Assembly: GCA_002633005.1 (NCBI GenBank)
Contig: NMRA01000307.1
Coordinates: 148,688 to 212,687, forward strand
Origin: Phoronis australis
Lineage: Eukaryota > Animalia > Phoronida
DNA: 64,000 bases
Direction: 5' to 3'
Shown: positions 13,401-23,846 of the stretch, piece after piece
Position numbering within the stretch: the first letter of the stretch is position 1
Layout of the letters: each line of letters opens with the position of its first letter
Program-made: the position numbers and the translations under genes
Notes under the pieces: model-generated
Seen by the model: the letters and a program-made list of their open reading frames with translations, nothing else
What the model was told of the DNA's origin: nothing
The model's database searches: none

Positions 13401-15448
13401 TTTACTGTGGTGGAATTAAGCTTGTTGGGGATAGTAATGACATAAAAGTGGAAGAGTGGTCGACAAATCAACAAATGATTGACAAGTGTCAAGCATCATA
13501 CCTACAAGGCTGATTTGACACTGAATACATTTTGTACCGGCTTTGAAATGCTTATTCACTCTCTGAGTGTGCTAAAAGGTATACATTAATATGATACATT
13601 TTGTACCGGCTTTGAAATGCTTATTCACTCTCTGAGTGTGCTAAAAGGTATACATTAATATGATACATTTTGTACCGGCTTTGAAATGCTTATTCACTCT
13701 GTCTGAGTGTGCTAAAAGGTACACATTAATATAATTAAGAGTTCAGTGATTTTCAATTGTGCTGTGTCAAAAGAATGAGCAGTTGTTTCATGTTTTCTTG
13801 TAGAAATGTGAGGAGATTCTGACTAGACTTATCCGACATAGATCTAGTTGGCCCTTCAGAGAGCCTGTGGATGAGTTAGAGGTTGGTATAGTGATGAAAT
13901 CTAAAGTTTAACCGAGATGCGTCTGTGTGTATCTGGTACACGTTTCCCAGATATTTTTTTATGAGACTGAAGGTTTGCATCTTCATTCCAGCTTGTAAAA
14001 TAAATCCAATCTTTTGAGTTGAGCATTTAATGAAATAAAGTGGTTTTATATATCGGTCAATTTCAACTGTTTCGTTGAATAGCAAACTACAAAAGTGGGC
14101 ACTGTTTGTGACTTTTGCATTTCCATTGTTCTGTAGGTGCCGGACTACTACAGCATCATTAAAAACCCTATGGATCTTCAGGCTGTAAAGGAGAAATTTG
14201 ACGCCTACAAGACTGTCGATGACTTCGTCTCTGACATAAAACTAATCATCGACAATTCGTTTGAGTATAACCATGTAAGTGGGCCATTGTTTCCCTGACT
14301 CCATTTTGAGGGAATAAGCTTGTGAAATTGTTCCTCTGTAATCCTAGTCCAACTTCATATCTTCATTGGAGGCATGGTGCATGAAACTCAATCTTATGAG
14401 CTGTACCTATTGATTACAATTATTCACTTAATTTGTGCAAAATTGCAGGAAAAAGGTTATCTGTTCACACATGGCCTTTGTGAATGATTGTTAGTCAGTT
14501 TTGTGTTATTAGAATGTTAGTACAGATGTGTGAGCTGTTGACACACGATAAGCGTCACAACTTAAAGAAAACAGTGTGAGTTTGTAAATAAATACTTCAA
14601 TTACTGTGTGCCAGTGAGTCAATGACTCCAGAGGTCTGCAGTTTTACAGCTAAGTGTCTTCAGCTAATTGTTTACGTTTGTTAGCAAAACGTACAGTACA
14701 AGACACAAGTAATCAGACAATACAGCTACAGTACAAGACACAAGTAATCAGGCAGTACAGCTACAGCACCAGACAAAAGTAATCAGACAATACAGCTACA
14801 GCACCAGACAAAAGTAATCAGACAATACATCTACAGTACCAGACACAAGTAATCAGACAATACAGCTACAGCACCAGACACAAGTAATCAGGCAATACAG
14901 CTACAGCACCAGACACAAGTAATCAGACAATACAGCTACAGCACCAGACACAAGTAATCAGACAATACAGCTACAGCACCAGACACAAGTAATCGGACAA
15001 TACAGCTACAGTACCAGACAAAGTAATCGGACAAAATACCATTTTCTCATCATGACTACTAATTTTCTAAAAGCAAAAAGTACTGGTAATAACTAATAGG
15101 GCAGCAAAATTCTAATTGCAGGGTTGCTTAGCAACTGTAATAACGTTCCTCTTAATTCCCCTTTGTTCTTGCTCAACAGCGAAGACTAGCAATTCTGGCT
15201 CATTTTGTCTGAACACTTCTGGCATGTAGCATGAGCTTCACATAAAAGATCGCATCACAGCAAGCTTAAAGTTTTGTTGTGTGTCGTGTTTTTTTGGTTT
15301 CTGACTCGTGCAACCATTTCTGTTCTAGTTCTCGTCTGAAGTTGGCAGGTGTACTCAAGTCTTTGAGAAGCAGCTGATGGACCTAATAAAGAACTACTTT
15401 CCATGGTATTCTTACACACGCGGACCAGTTTTGGCAGATTGTCTATGA
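1336..15448 (+). CDS. BAZ1B: BAZ1B/WSTF-like chromatin remodelling subunit, 5'-partial. join(1336..1402,1662..1776,3823..3961,4871..5035,5649..5817,6296..6422,7551..7693,8422..8562,9158..9229,10380..10510,12094..12170,13109..13380,13804..13881,14137..14274,15329..15448)
   Basis: All introns GT-AG with compatible phases and one continuous frame. Peptides PIGTDRNHSRYWVF..PGIFIEKGW, ETTVPHFGQNLWF..LHPRGYRE, LRSCDG..RLRSGGLG, KFLQGIM, TLSRLHVLLGIMDSCIRWEKSAENA, a PHD and SSWPFREPV match vertebrate BAZ1B as recalled (PIGTDRNHNRYWLF, ETTVPKQGQNLWF, LKSCDG, KFLQGFM). Confidence 0.93.
1662..1776 (+). CDS. BAZ1B: BAZ1B exon, WHIM2 motif DGIALAKKVLRQGPIGTDRNHSRYWVFHHTTPGIFIEK
   Basis: TTTTTAG acceptor, GTATGT donor; GxDR..RYW signature. 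Confidence 0.95.
2285..2830. repeat. Minisatellite, 25-bp unit CAGACACGTCTAGTTTCACAGTCA(T/C), ~22 copies
   Basis: Direct reading; periodicity e.g. 2461 to 2486. Confidence 0.95.
2941..3180. repeat. Diverged tandem duplication of a ~123-bp unit
   Basis: GCAACTAAAGTTA.CTAGAAATTTC...CTGTATTAGGCAAAGGT...GGCTAAAAAGAGGCAG occurs twice. Confidence 0.85.
3174..3240 (+). mobile_element. tRNA-derived SINE head, degenerate
   Basis: A-box-like TGGCCTTGTGG and B-box GGTTCAAATCC at tRNA-like spacing; no intact cloverleaf. Confidence 0.45.
3387..3624. repeat. Minisatellite, 29-bp unit TCTGTTGCAACATCTATCAGACCACCTGC, ~8 near-identical copies
   Basis: Direct reading; explains three overlapping repetitive ORFs in the track. 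Confidence 0.97.
3823..3961 (+). CDS. BAZ1B: BAZ1B exon GWASRDIDYSYTLPDSKPANINSDSDDEGDDDQTAATSTSDKNIET
   Basis: TATAG acceptor, GTAAGA donor; completes EKGW..IDY; phases fit. Confidence 0.92.
4340..4808 (+). mobile_element. HINE/Helentron-like element, 3' part (family of 25935-27730)
   Basis: CATCTAGTGGCCATTTT core motif and 3' end GTGGGCGCATCTCAATGCCCTAGCGTTGCTCTTGTT shared with the long copy. Confidence 0.65.
4871..5035 (+). CDS. BAZ1B: BAZ1B exon, WHIM3 motif VPHFGQNLWFTYDSVKDIDNLLETLHPRGYREGALKMEIKKKYEDV
   Basis: TTTTACAG acceptor, GTATAA donor; W..Y...LHPRGxRE signature. Confidence 0.95.
5250..5585. repeat. Minisatellite, ~21-bp unit GTAAATAGGCTAGAGGTGACT, ~16 diverged copies
   Basis: Direct reading. 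Confidence 0.92.
5649..5817 (+). CDS. BAZ1B: BAZ1B exon NNLELRSCDGQEEMLTGFRQELLDTEIRLRSGGLGGVQDLEKFEQTLAKSTDIKKL
   Basis: TGCAG acceptor, GTTTGT donor. Confidence 0.93.
6296..6422 (+). CDS. BAZ1B: BAZ1B exon GELMIEMQAGVMEKFLQGIMGKKKSKVKVEEKTENDEEGKSE
   Basis: TTCCAG acceptor, GTTTGT donor. Confidence 0.9.
7551..7693 (+). CDS. BAZ1B: BAZ1B exon ..KWIEAVESASTLSRLHVLLGIMDSCIRWEKSAENA
   Basis: TTTCCAG acceptor, GTGAGT donor; conserved pre-PHD BAZ motif. Confidence 0.95.
8422..8562 (+). CDS. BAZ1B: BAZ1B exon, PHD finger 1 KCKICRRKGHDDKLLLCDDCNLPFHLFCLRPALSRIPDGDWFCPACI
   Basis: C4HC3 pattern; TTTGCAG acceptor, GTGAGT donor. Confidence 0.97.
8578..8760 (+). mobile_element. tRNA-derived SINE, degenerate
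   Basis: TAGTGTAATGG A-box, GAGTTCAAACC B-box, then a GCAAGGC..TTAACC body typical of tRNA-SINEs. Confidence 0.5.
9158..9229 (+). CDS. BAZ1B: BAZ1B exon PDTQRRRSRVNYKTMMSTDSSESE
   Basis: TTTCAG acceptor, GTATGT donor; 72 nt, phase 0/0. Confidence 0.85.
9314..9557. repeat. Minisatellite, 35-bp unit GTGACTTACAAGCTGTGTACAGTATATCACCAATT, ~7 copies
   Basis: Direct reading. Confidence 0.95.
10380..10510 (+). CDS. BAZ1B: BAZ1B exon, PHD finger 2 N-part EESSIEHEAECAVCGGDEDLVQCAQCPSSYHIYCHNPPLRHNPR
   Basis: TGCAG acceptor, GTAAGA donor; C4HC pattern completed in next exon. Confidence 0.92.
10634..11350 (+). mobile_element. HINE/Helentron-like element, degraded 5' and core part
   Basis: 5' TTTTGTGCGCCCGCA..TGTGGGTGCAC inverted repeat and GTGCCACCTAGTGGCCATTTT core at ~11241. 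Confidence 0.6.
12094..12170 (+). CDS. BAZ1B: BAZ1B exon, PHD2 C-part GTWVCQPCKAGVKTRSGGGKNRKRR
   Basis: TTTTCAG acceptor, GTACGT donor; W-x-C-x2-C completes the PHD. Confidence 0.9.
12174..12410. repeat. Minisatellite, 17-bp unit GTGTCAGTACCGGATCT with 15-bp variants, ~14 copies
   Basis: Direct reading; starts at the splice donor. Confidence 0.95.
12818..12972. repeat. Minisatellite, 39-bp unit TGTTATACAAGGGTTACCCACCTACGGCTGTAAGTGAAA, 4 copies
   Basis: Direct reading. Confidence 0.93.
13109..13380 (+). CDS. BAZ1B: BAZ1B exon, S/E/R-rich linker (VSKRPIYADESSSEE...GMSNKEKLE)
   Basis: CCTCAG acceptor, GTAATT donor; phases fit. Confidence 0.9.
13525..13733. repeat. Tandem repeat, 69-bp unit, 3 near-identical copies
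   Basis: ATACATTTTGTACCGGCTTTGAAATGCTTATTCACTCT...ACATTAATATG at 13525, 13594 and 13663. Confidence 0.95.
13804..13881 (+). CDS. BAZ1B: BAZ1B exon, bromodomain start KCEEILTRLIRHRSSWPFREPVDELE
   Basis: TTGTAG acceptor, GTTGGT donor; WPF motif. Confidence 0.93.
14137..14274 (+). CDS. BAZ1B: BAZ1B exon, bromodomain VPDYYSIIKNPMDLQAVKEKFDAYKTVDDFVSDIKLIIDNSFEYNH
   Basis: CTGTAG acceptor, GTAAGT donor; PDYY..PMDL..YN with the acetyl-lysine-binding Asn. Confidence 0.96.
14690..15035. repeat. Minisatellite, 35-bp unit ACAGCACCAGACACAAGTAATCAGACAATACAGCT, ~10 copies
   Basis: Direct reading. Confidence 0.95.
15329..15448 (+). CDS. BAZ1B: BAZ1B last coding exon FSSEVGRCTQVFEKQLMDLIKNYFPWYSYTRGPVLADCL*
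   Basis: TTCTAG acceptor; bromodomain helix C; TGA stop at 15446-15448. Confidence 0.88.
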   Translation, partial: FSSEVGRCTQVFEKQLMDLIKNYFPWYSYTRGPVLADCL

Positions 15449-16302
15449 AAGAAGCACAAATGTAAATTTTGTCCACTGTTTAATGGTCTTGGATTGAATA
15501 TTTGGAGGTTATTATCAATTGTGAATTAACAAACATTAATGTAGTCCTTAATGCAACAACTATTGAAATGATCTGACTGAAAGGTTGATAGTGATTAACT
15601 TACTGTAATGATTTGGAAAGTAAGTAGTGTGCTTAAATCTGGAATTTTAAGTGGTGTGGTTGGCTCATTTGTTAATCAAAACACTTCTTAAAGGAAGTGT
15701 TCACCACGAAATAGCACTAATCATTCAATTCATTCGGTAGTTTGCAAAATACATGGTAATGCCAAAATTACTGTTCTCTGAATATGTAAGGAGAGATGAC
15801 TAAACAACAGTGACTAGTCATGTGACCAGTCACATGATTTGTCATGTGGTACCACTGACTTCAGCTTCACCCTGTGGTACATCTGATCAATGATGGACGA
15901 TTTCATTTCTGTGTGAAACTGAGTCAGAAGTATAGCCCTTGATATCCCTGTGAAAGTAAAGTAACAGTAAAACTGACTTACCTGAGAGATTACATCCAGG
16001 TGTAATGTAATTAGCCTTGTTGAAGACCAGAGTGCACTAGAACTACTCTACGGATGAATTTTGTCAGAGTTTAGGCAAAATGTACACGTATGTTCCGACT
16101 TAGGATATGTTTACTGTGACGCCACTGTAAGTCATTGGTTAGCATGATTGATGCCATAGCTTTGGGAGACTCATTCTTGTCCATTCCTTATAAAATGTTA
16201 TTGTGAATTGGTCTTACATGAACCAGTCATTACTATGTAGCGGTTGTATATTTTGTATAAATGTGAGTAGCATGTCGGCATGTTTTACTGTGTGCATGAA
16301 AC

Positions 16303-16308
16303 AATAAA
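16303..16308 (+). terminator. Probable polyadenylation signal (AATAAA) of BAZ1B
   Basis: About 850 nt after the stop, preceded by TGTA elements and followed by GT/T-rich sequence. Confidence 0.55.
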
Positions 16309-18459
16309 AAGCTGCTTTTAGTGTTGTACAAATGTAGTTATACCAAATACACATATTTTATGACATGTGTCCAGTGTTTCTTTTGTTTATGTATCAGGTA
16401 GGATCGTTTAAAGGGGGCTGTTACTATTTTAAATGGTGTATTGGCCGATTTGGTGTATTTTACTCTCACAAATTATTTTGAATGTCTTTAGTAGATTTTT
16501 ACAAATTGAAAGGACTTCTGACATTTCTTCAAGCCGGAAGTATGACGCTGTGTTTAAGTCGTACATTGCAAATGCTGTGTGTCTGACTGGTGAGCAAGTC
16601 GTACAGTGCAAATACTGTTGTATTTGTTTTATTATCTGTTCCTGACCTCATTGCTCAAGTTAGTGGCAAACTGTTATGTAACAAGGCTGGGACTGACAAT
16701 CTGCAGACATCTTGCGGCCATTGAGCACTATTATTGGAATGGAAAAGTTAACGAGTACGGCTTGCCCAGATATTGGAAAAGTGAGGGAGTAGGCCTACGG
16801 CGTGTTCGGATCTTGTTGACGTTTCTCGTGTTCTTGCTTCACCACTTGAGCTGCTATTTTTATTATGTTCATTTTTCTGGAAATCAACTGACTGAAAAGC
16901 ATCAAAATATTTTTTAAAGTAAGGAAAATAGGACCAAAAATGCTAACAATACATTCCCCTCAAAGTTGTGGAAGTTGTGATTGTCTTAAAAAAAAACGAT
17001 GGAGATCATGGAGATGAAGGGTTGAGCATTCACCAAGCACAATATAGCAACTGCTGTGTGAATAGAGTGTCCAATACTCCACTCCGCCGAACGGCTACCA
17101 AGAAATTATTGGTGATGGTGCTTGGCTGCTGTGATAGTTTTGTTTAGCATAGAGGAGCAGACAGCTGGAATTTTAGTTTCTTCGAGACTAACGTCATCAG
17201 AATTTTGTTACTTAAGATGTATTGAACAAACCAGATATTCCTATCTAAGCCTTAGCAAAAGAAGAAAACGCGAGTTCAATCACACAAATGTAAGTCCGTC
17301 AAGTGATAGGTGAAGCTGCCTCTTCTTGCCATGTTGCGTCAACGCGAGGACCCAGCACAAACAACATAAAGCCAAGCGACGTCATCCCGGCGGTCTTATT
17401 GATATTGTTTAAATTTATCCCTCCGACGGCCACATTACCTCGACAAGTAACATTTTAATGATTCCTAAGCCTTGAAATCATTTCCAAGCTTAGTAACGAA
17501 CACGGGTCACCGTGACTGATTTAATGCCTGCGGCCAAGTCACGCGGGGTCTAGTAGCTCAGCACTGAAAGTTGATGGTTGACTGACGGTGCGTGTTTATT
17601 GCCCCTTTAAATTCCAAGATGGTTCTACTCATTAACAAACAGATTGTAACACTGTTTTTTGTCGGTAAGATTGTTTTCCTTTTTATAATCCACTCGCACA
17701 CGTAAATAGAAAATACAATAGCAGATGACCCTATTCAGGCCTGGCAGTGGGGCCAACACTGAGAAAACCCGAGCCTTGTCAGAGTTTTGGGCCGCTCGCT
17801 TGCGTGGACATTGGTTGAACAAATCCCTTGATAAAAGCAATATACAGAAACCACAGAAAAGTTGTCCATTTAAATATTCATACAGCCCTTCTGACTTTCC
17901 GGTATAAGATCCATTCGGGTGAAAATATCCCGGTTTATTTAGTGGCATTCAGGCTAGTTAAGAATATGGCCGATAGAGGTAAGGACAACCAATTTTCGTG
18001 CCATCGACTCGGAACTGAGATAACGTTTATCAGTGATCTGATTCCGAGGTTAGTCGTGCAGACTCCAAACAGGCATCACTTTGGTTCGTTGGTTCATCCT
18101 ATACTTTATTTTTGTTGACCTCACAACTTTAGATTGACTGACGGAGCTCTGAAGTTTCCGGGTCTGACGCTATTGAATTTAAACTTCACCCTCCATATTG
18201 CTGTTGGCTTCTGAATTATTTAGAGCATTTCATGTATCAAAACCAAAAGGTGTGGTTTACGTAACGTCAAGTACTCCATTTCCATTTGTAAACCGAAACC
18301 TTATCTTTAAGAACCCTTACTATGTCAGTTTCTCAGATATTACTTCAGCGGGAGGCATTCTCAACAGCCAATACAAACTGAAAGCCTCACCCATAATCTA
18401 AATATGAAACGTTTTATAGCCTACGTATATTCCAATGGCCTATATGTGTTGAGCAGGTA

Positions 18460-18634
18460 TGTGTTAGTCGTATCACCGTGTTTACGGTCTGCGTGCTATT
18501 TTTATTTGTACAACTAGAGGTTTATCTTATCACATATGTTGCAGCATGTGAGTTGTGAGTTATTTCAACATTTGACTGACCACGTTCACTGTCTGTGACT
18601 GTGTTTCTGTTACCTTCCTGATACGTGGGCTCAG
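18460..18634 (+). other. Candidate non-coding first exon of the EPS8-like gene
   Basis: Strong donor CAG|GTAAGC at 18635 downstream of a CpG-retaining region; TTAGT initiator-like motif near 18464. Start uncertain. Confidence 0.3.
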
Positions 18635-18794
18635 GTAAGCAATCTTGGAAGTAATTCTAATAACCACGATACTGTGTTGTTACACCCAACTTGTCTACGT
18701 GTATCGAAGGGTTGATCATTAATAGTGGTACTCAACTGATGATTGTGAATGTGCGTACATTTTAAACGGTTCGTTATTAGCCGCCTTAGTAATT

Positions 18795-18977
18795 AATTCA
18801 TCAATTTGTTATTATATCCAGCGGGTGGCCCTCGCAGTTGCTCATCAACTTGTTATGATGTTCAGCGAATAGTCCTCGCAGTTGTTCATCAACTTGTTAT
18901 GATGTCCAGCGGGTGGTCCTCGTAGTCGTTCATCATCGTATGCTATCCAGCAGATGGTCCTCATAGTTGTTCATCAG
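18795..18977. repeat. Minisatellite, ~44-bp unit TTCATCAACTTGTTATGATGTCCAGCGGGTGGTCCTCGCAGTTG, 4 copies
   Basis: Direct reading. Confidence 0.88.
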
Positions 18978-21093
18978 TTTTTAAGCCCAGCTCATCAGAC
19001 GTGATGACATGGTGTGACTTTTTGAACTGTCATGTTTTTGTTGACTGTAGGCAATACAAAACTATAGAAAACTTCTTTTCTTTTCTCGGACACTCCGGTC
19101 TCAAGTTGTGGCATGTAAAATAGAATCGTTGTGAACTTGAATTTACGTTTTTGATCCTTTTAAATGTTTACCTGTCTTGTGGTTGTGTGATGAGTCATGT
19201 TTGGAAACTTTTACCTGCTGTTGTCCCAGAGGTACTCTTCTCTTCCATCTGAGCGAGGGTTGCTGCACAATCAAAATATGGACCAATGAGAAAAAAGTGA
19301 AGGTGAAGTCACGGCATGCTTCACACATTCAATTTTTAAACTCTTCTGGTCACCCTCAGTTCTCCACCTGTGACACCTGCAATTCTCAGCCCAAGTATGA
19401 AAAATGCCCGTTTCATGCCACAAAAAACCCTTCTATCTCTCGCCAATGCTTTACGTGGTTAACCATTAGTGATGAGTCTACTGACTATTGACCCACCTGA
19501 GGTGATGTCTCAGTGAGTCCACAAAACTGCCAAAGTCTACCTTGGCCTCCAGGAAATCCCTTGGGATATTGTTTCACTTTTTCCTTTCTCTTTCTTCAAA
19601 CTGTCGTATTTGAGTGGAAAGCGAAAATCAGTAAATGAACTGCAGGAAAACAAAACGGAAATAGTATCAAAATTGGATGAGGTAATTGTCCGAGTCCATT
19701 AAGAGAATGAATGGAACATTATTTTCAATTTCATTTTTAAGAAGTAAGGATTAGTTATCTGATTACCTGGCTAAAGAGCTCTTATCATTTTTTGTTTGTT
19801 CTGCTGGGATAGGCTTGACTTATCAAGTCGTGCTTGTAAAACAGATTCATGGCAAAACTCAAGTTGGGACAAAAACTATTGAAATAATTACCAGTGTGGA
19901 ATGTAAAGACTTTAAGGCTTTGCTGTAAATGCCCTTCAAAATTTTCCGTGGCAACAGATTGGTTCACTATTAATAAATATCTAGTGGATGAATTGAAAAA
20001 ATTTCTACTTGTCTGCCTTATTTTCTCCTTTTAAGTGAGCAATTTTAATACCTTAAACACCAACCAAGTACAAAATTGTTTATTATGATCTCAAGACATA
20101 TGAAGGAGTTGTGCGTGTCCTGATGCTTTATACTGTTGGCCTTCAACTGATTCAGCAGTTTGTCATGACTCTACTTCTCCTTGTTGTTGTCCAGGTTTGG
20201 ACAAACGGCCACCATTTTATACTTTTGAAGTGTTCACTTTCAAACGCAAATGCTTGCTTGACCGTCCAGCCTTAAGCCCTGTTTACACTGGAGACGTTCA
20301 GTTGATTTAAACTCGAGTGTGAGAAAGTGTACATGTAAATGCAAACTGAACCTGCTTGTGGAAGTATGGGGCTTTGAATGGATTTAACCTAACTCGATTT
20401 CTACCGTGTGAAGTTTGAACATTATAATGGAATCAATCTTAATTGGGAGAAGAGACTTACCGGTATACCTGCGCATTTGCCGATCTAGGTTCCAGTATTT
20501 ACCTTAGTCCCAAGAGCCCATTTTGTCACCTTTCCATCATCATGGGATTCCCCAAAGAACAAAAAGTTTAAGACACAATGAGTAAATCCTGCAAGAACTA
20601 TTCAATTACTAACCATTTGTAATGAAAACCTTGAAATTTGTGCGCAATTATTTTCATTATCGTAGTATTTTAGAAAACTACTGTATACTGATGTCTATGC
20701 AGTCTCCAAATTACAGTTCGTTTAAGTGATGGCTGTTGGGATTCTATAGAAAGGATGTGAAATAATGTCAAAACTTCTGTTGTAAGAGATTGAAATTGTT
20801 CTTAATCTTTACTTTTCCTTTTTCACTAGTTGGGTGATATTGTGGGCTAAACAGGTGAAGGATTACTAAACAAGAATAGTTTTTTTGTTACAGATGTTCT
20901 AGAAAGCCAGTGCAGTCATTGTGGCAAACAACAGAGCTTGCTTCCACATATTTGAAGTGCCTTTATCACTTTTCCAAAGCCCTGGATTTTATTCAAAGGC
21001 CCCTTCCCATGCTGTTCACTCAACAATAGCAATGGATGTTAACTGTGGTTAAAGGGGGCCAAGTTCTTCTCAGCTCTCAAGTTATTACATAAA

Positions 21094-21584
21094 GACCCTT
21101 TCATACTGATTTAACTCCTGTCTGAGTGGAACATCAATGTAAACTGCAAAGTTAACTGAACCGTTCTTACCATCTTCCGTGAACCGACGTCCAAGTAAAC
21201 CGTAGGTCATGCTGTTGTCATCGAAGTCACTGCAAGGTAGCACTGATGCATTCCGTGCACACTATGAGTTTTTCATTGTGACAATTTGGGAACATTTACA
21301 TGTGCTAATTGTCGTAAAACTTTGATTGGTGATTATTCAAGCAAAACATAAGCAACTATTAGCGATGACACTGCCCTCTAATTGATGACGATGGCAGTGG
21401 CCCCTGGCGATAGCTTCGATGACCGTTCATATGGCACTGCAGTGTTGACACTATGGAGTTATATCCACTTGTTTACTGCAAAGTTAACTGACGCTGTTAA
21501 CTTTGATCCAAGACTGAAGTTAACCGTTCATACTGACTGCAAGTCCCCAAAACATCGACGTGTCGACGTTAGTATGAATGGGCC
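21094..21584 (+). mobile_element. PIF/Harbinger-like MITE (family B), full length
   Basis: Termini GACCCTTTCATACT ... AGTATGAATGGGCC followed by TAA; internal GAAGTTAACCGTTCATACTG repeats; homologous to 23420-23846, 33546-35084 and 49928-50431. Confidence 0.8.
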
Positions 21585-22881
21585 TAAAGACAACTAATTC
21601 AGTGAAGTCATAAGGTGGCTAAGTATCACCTGATCTCAAAACAAAGGCAGTATGGTGCATGATGGGAACTCATTTTGCATAAAATCAGTGTCTTTTGGTA
21701 TTGTAAAATCCATCAAATACATAGAGGAATTGGGACAATGTTCGTATTGCCAAAATATTAGATATTGTAGCAAAATATTTAAAAGTCTTAACCAGTCAAT
21801 GTCATTTGTTGGCAAATGCAGTGACCCGTCGGCAACTTCAGTGACGTCCAAGTTGAGCTTTTCCATTGCATTAACGCTTTACTGTTCATTTCACTCTTTT
21901 ATTCCGAAGTAAAGTCACGCTGTTATCTTTTATCCTATTGACTAAAACTTCACTAACACTGAAGCTTCGAAGCCTGTTGGAAAGGCAATGTTACAGGCAA
22001 AACCCTTTTGAGTGCCTAGCTTGCTGGTTCTTAAACAAACACTTGTGGTTGATAATAGCACTTGATGCAGAAATTGGGAGGTTTTTTTCTTGAGACATAT
22101 TTCAAAAGCTGACAAGCTAATGGCAGTTTCATTTGCATAACATTGTTTGTTTTTTCTGTGTACACAGGGTTTTGGCATTCTTTGTACATTGATGGCTATA
22201 GTTTCAAATTGAATTGAAATCATTTTGGATTGTATTTGACAATACAAGGTTTCTTTGCATCACTCTAAACAGGGATTTGGAAAATTGAATGTTACATAAC
22301 ATTCAGGATTCCAGTGCTGAAATACAACATGAAATGGTAAAAATGTTGTTTTAAGTTCTCACCAGAGTATTTTTACAAAATTCAATGTAATTATCTCCAG
22401 GTTCTATTGGTTGAAACTGCATTTGAGTACAAATTATCATTTTATACCTATAAAGATGTCCAGCTGGCTCTATGTTAGTACAAAATCACTGAGGTAGCAT
22501 AATATGTCTAGGCATTGCTGAACTGTTTGCTCCTTGTTTTAGTGCCAGCCTACAAAGACTCATTGCTCTAAGTTTTCTGAGATATTTTCCCCTTCATGCT
22601 GTTCCTTTGTCATCGGGCAGCAGCAAGCCTCTGCTTGAAGAAGCATCAGACCACTACATTCAACTTTTATGTATCGTGCTGGTCGATCATGATCTTTGAA
22701 TTAGAATGATTCCATTCAAAAGAACATTGATCATTAGGTGTTTGCTCAGGAAAAAAGGCCACTATGTTTACTCAGGATGTTGTTGAGGGCTCATGGTTCT
22801 GGCAGTTTAATATAGATCTTTCAGCAAAGGTAACAAAATTTTTCAGTTGAGGACACAATATGGCAGAAAAGTTGAAGCTTA

Positions 22882-23039
22882 CAGTGGCGGATTTAGAGGG
22901 GGGCCAAGGGGGTCATGCCCCCCCTAAAATTCCCCCAGATTCCATTTGGCAGTTAGGGAGTACCATTGTGTGACGGGCAAAATCCTGGCTAATACTCTGC
23001 CCTGGCCCCCCCTAACTCAAAATTCTGGATCCGCCCCTG
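22882..23039. mobile_element. 158-bp MITE, CAGTGGCGGAT..ATCCGCCCCTG TIRs, 5-bp TSD GCTTA
   Basis: TIRs and the flanking GCTTA duplication read directly. Confidence 0.8.
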
Positions 23040-23419
23040 GCTTAGTTTGCCCTAAGTTTTCAAAATCTCGCCGGTTTTAAACAAAATAAAGCAGACAAGT
23101 CAATTTTTATTTTTTCAAGTTCCATGTAACATCAAATTAATGCTTTAACACTTTCAAGTTTTGTATCTGGAAGGTACGGTAATTCTTCGCACAAAATGAA
23201 TTGAATATATTTTCCTGTTATTTAGGGTAACTGAATATTTGTAAACTTCCTAGCTCATGAAATTAAGTGCGTATTCAAGCATCGCCAACTGCTGGTCTGC
23301 AATTAACGAAATTCAGCCTAAGTGTTGTGAACTGGATCCTTCATGCTAAACTACAGTATGCGTGGACCGTAGACGTAAACTGCGAAATTAATTGAGTCAT
23401 TCTTACCAGCTTGGGCAGG

Positions 23420-23846
23420 TAACGGCATCGAAATAAATGGTTAGTGATGCTTTCATCATTGAAGTAATCGCAAGTTAGCGCTGATGCATCCCGTGCACGT
23501 TTCTTGAATGCGACAATCTGAGCACATTTACGTGTGCTAATTGACATAAAACTTATTTCTTATTCGATTGGGGTGATAATTTGAGCAAAATATGTGTAAC
23601 TATTAGCGATAACACTGCCCTTTAATTGTTGATAATATCAGTGGCCCTTGACGATGACTTCGATAAGACCGAAGTTGACCGTTCATACCGGACCGCAGCG
23701 TTGACGTTCTGCTGTTAAATCCACCTGTTTACTGCAAAGTTAAAAGTCGCTGTTTACTTTATAACTAATCCATGACCGAAGTTAACCGTTCATACTGACT
23801 GCAACTCCCCAAAATATTGACACGTCAACTTTTGTTTGAAAGGGCC
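23420..23846 (+). mobile_element. Family B Harbinger-like MITE, 5'-truncated
   Basis: Ends GAAAGGGCC-TAA; body colinear with 21094-21584. Confidence 0.75.

Noticed and set aside
1336-15448. Assignment to BAZ1A/ACF1 or BAZ2 because of the double PHD
   Set aside because: Diagnostic peptides (GTDRNHxRYW, IEKGW, GQNLWF, SCDG, KFLQG, SWPFREPV) are BAZ1B-type as recalled.
15434-15448. C-terminal ..ADCL* as a prenylation (CaaX) signal
   Set aside because: The Cys is penultimate, not fourth from the end.
17220-17340. Minus-strand CAACATGGC start as a possible gene
   Set aside because: The frame stops after about 18 codons with no convincing donor.
16408-17610. Possible TTAA-flanked Kolobok element (TTAAAGGGG ... 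CCCCTTTAA)
   Set aside because: Inverted match extends only about 5 bp beyond TTAA; not enough to call.
20276-20500. Harbinger-like terminus TAA-GCCCTGTTTACACTG
   Set aside because: No matching opposite TIR found; fragment only.
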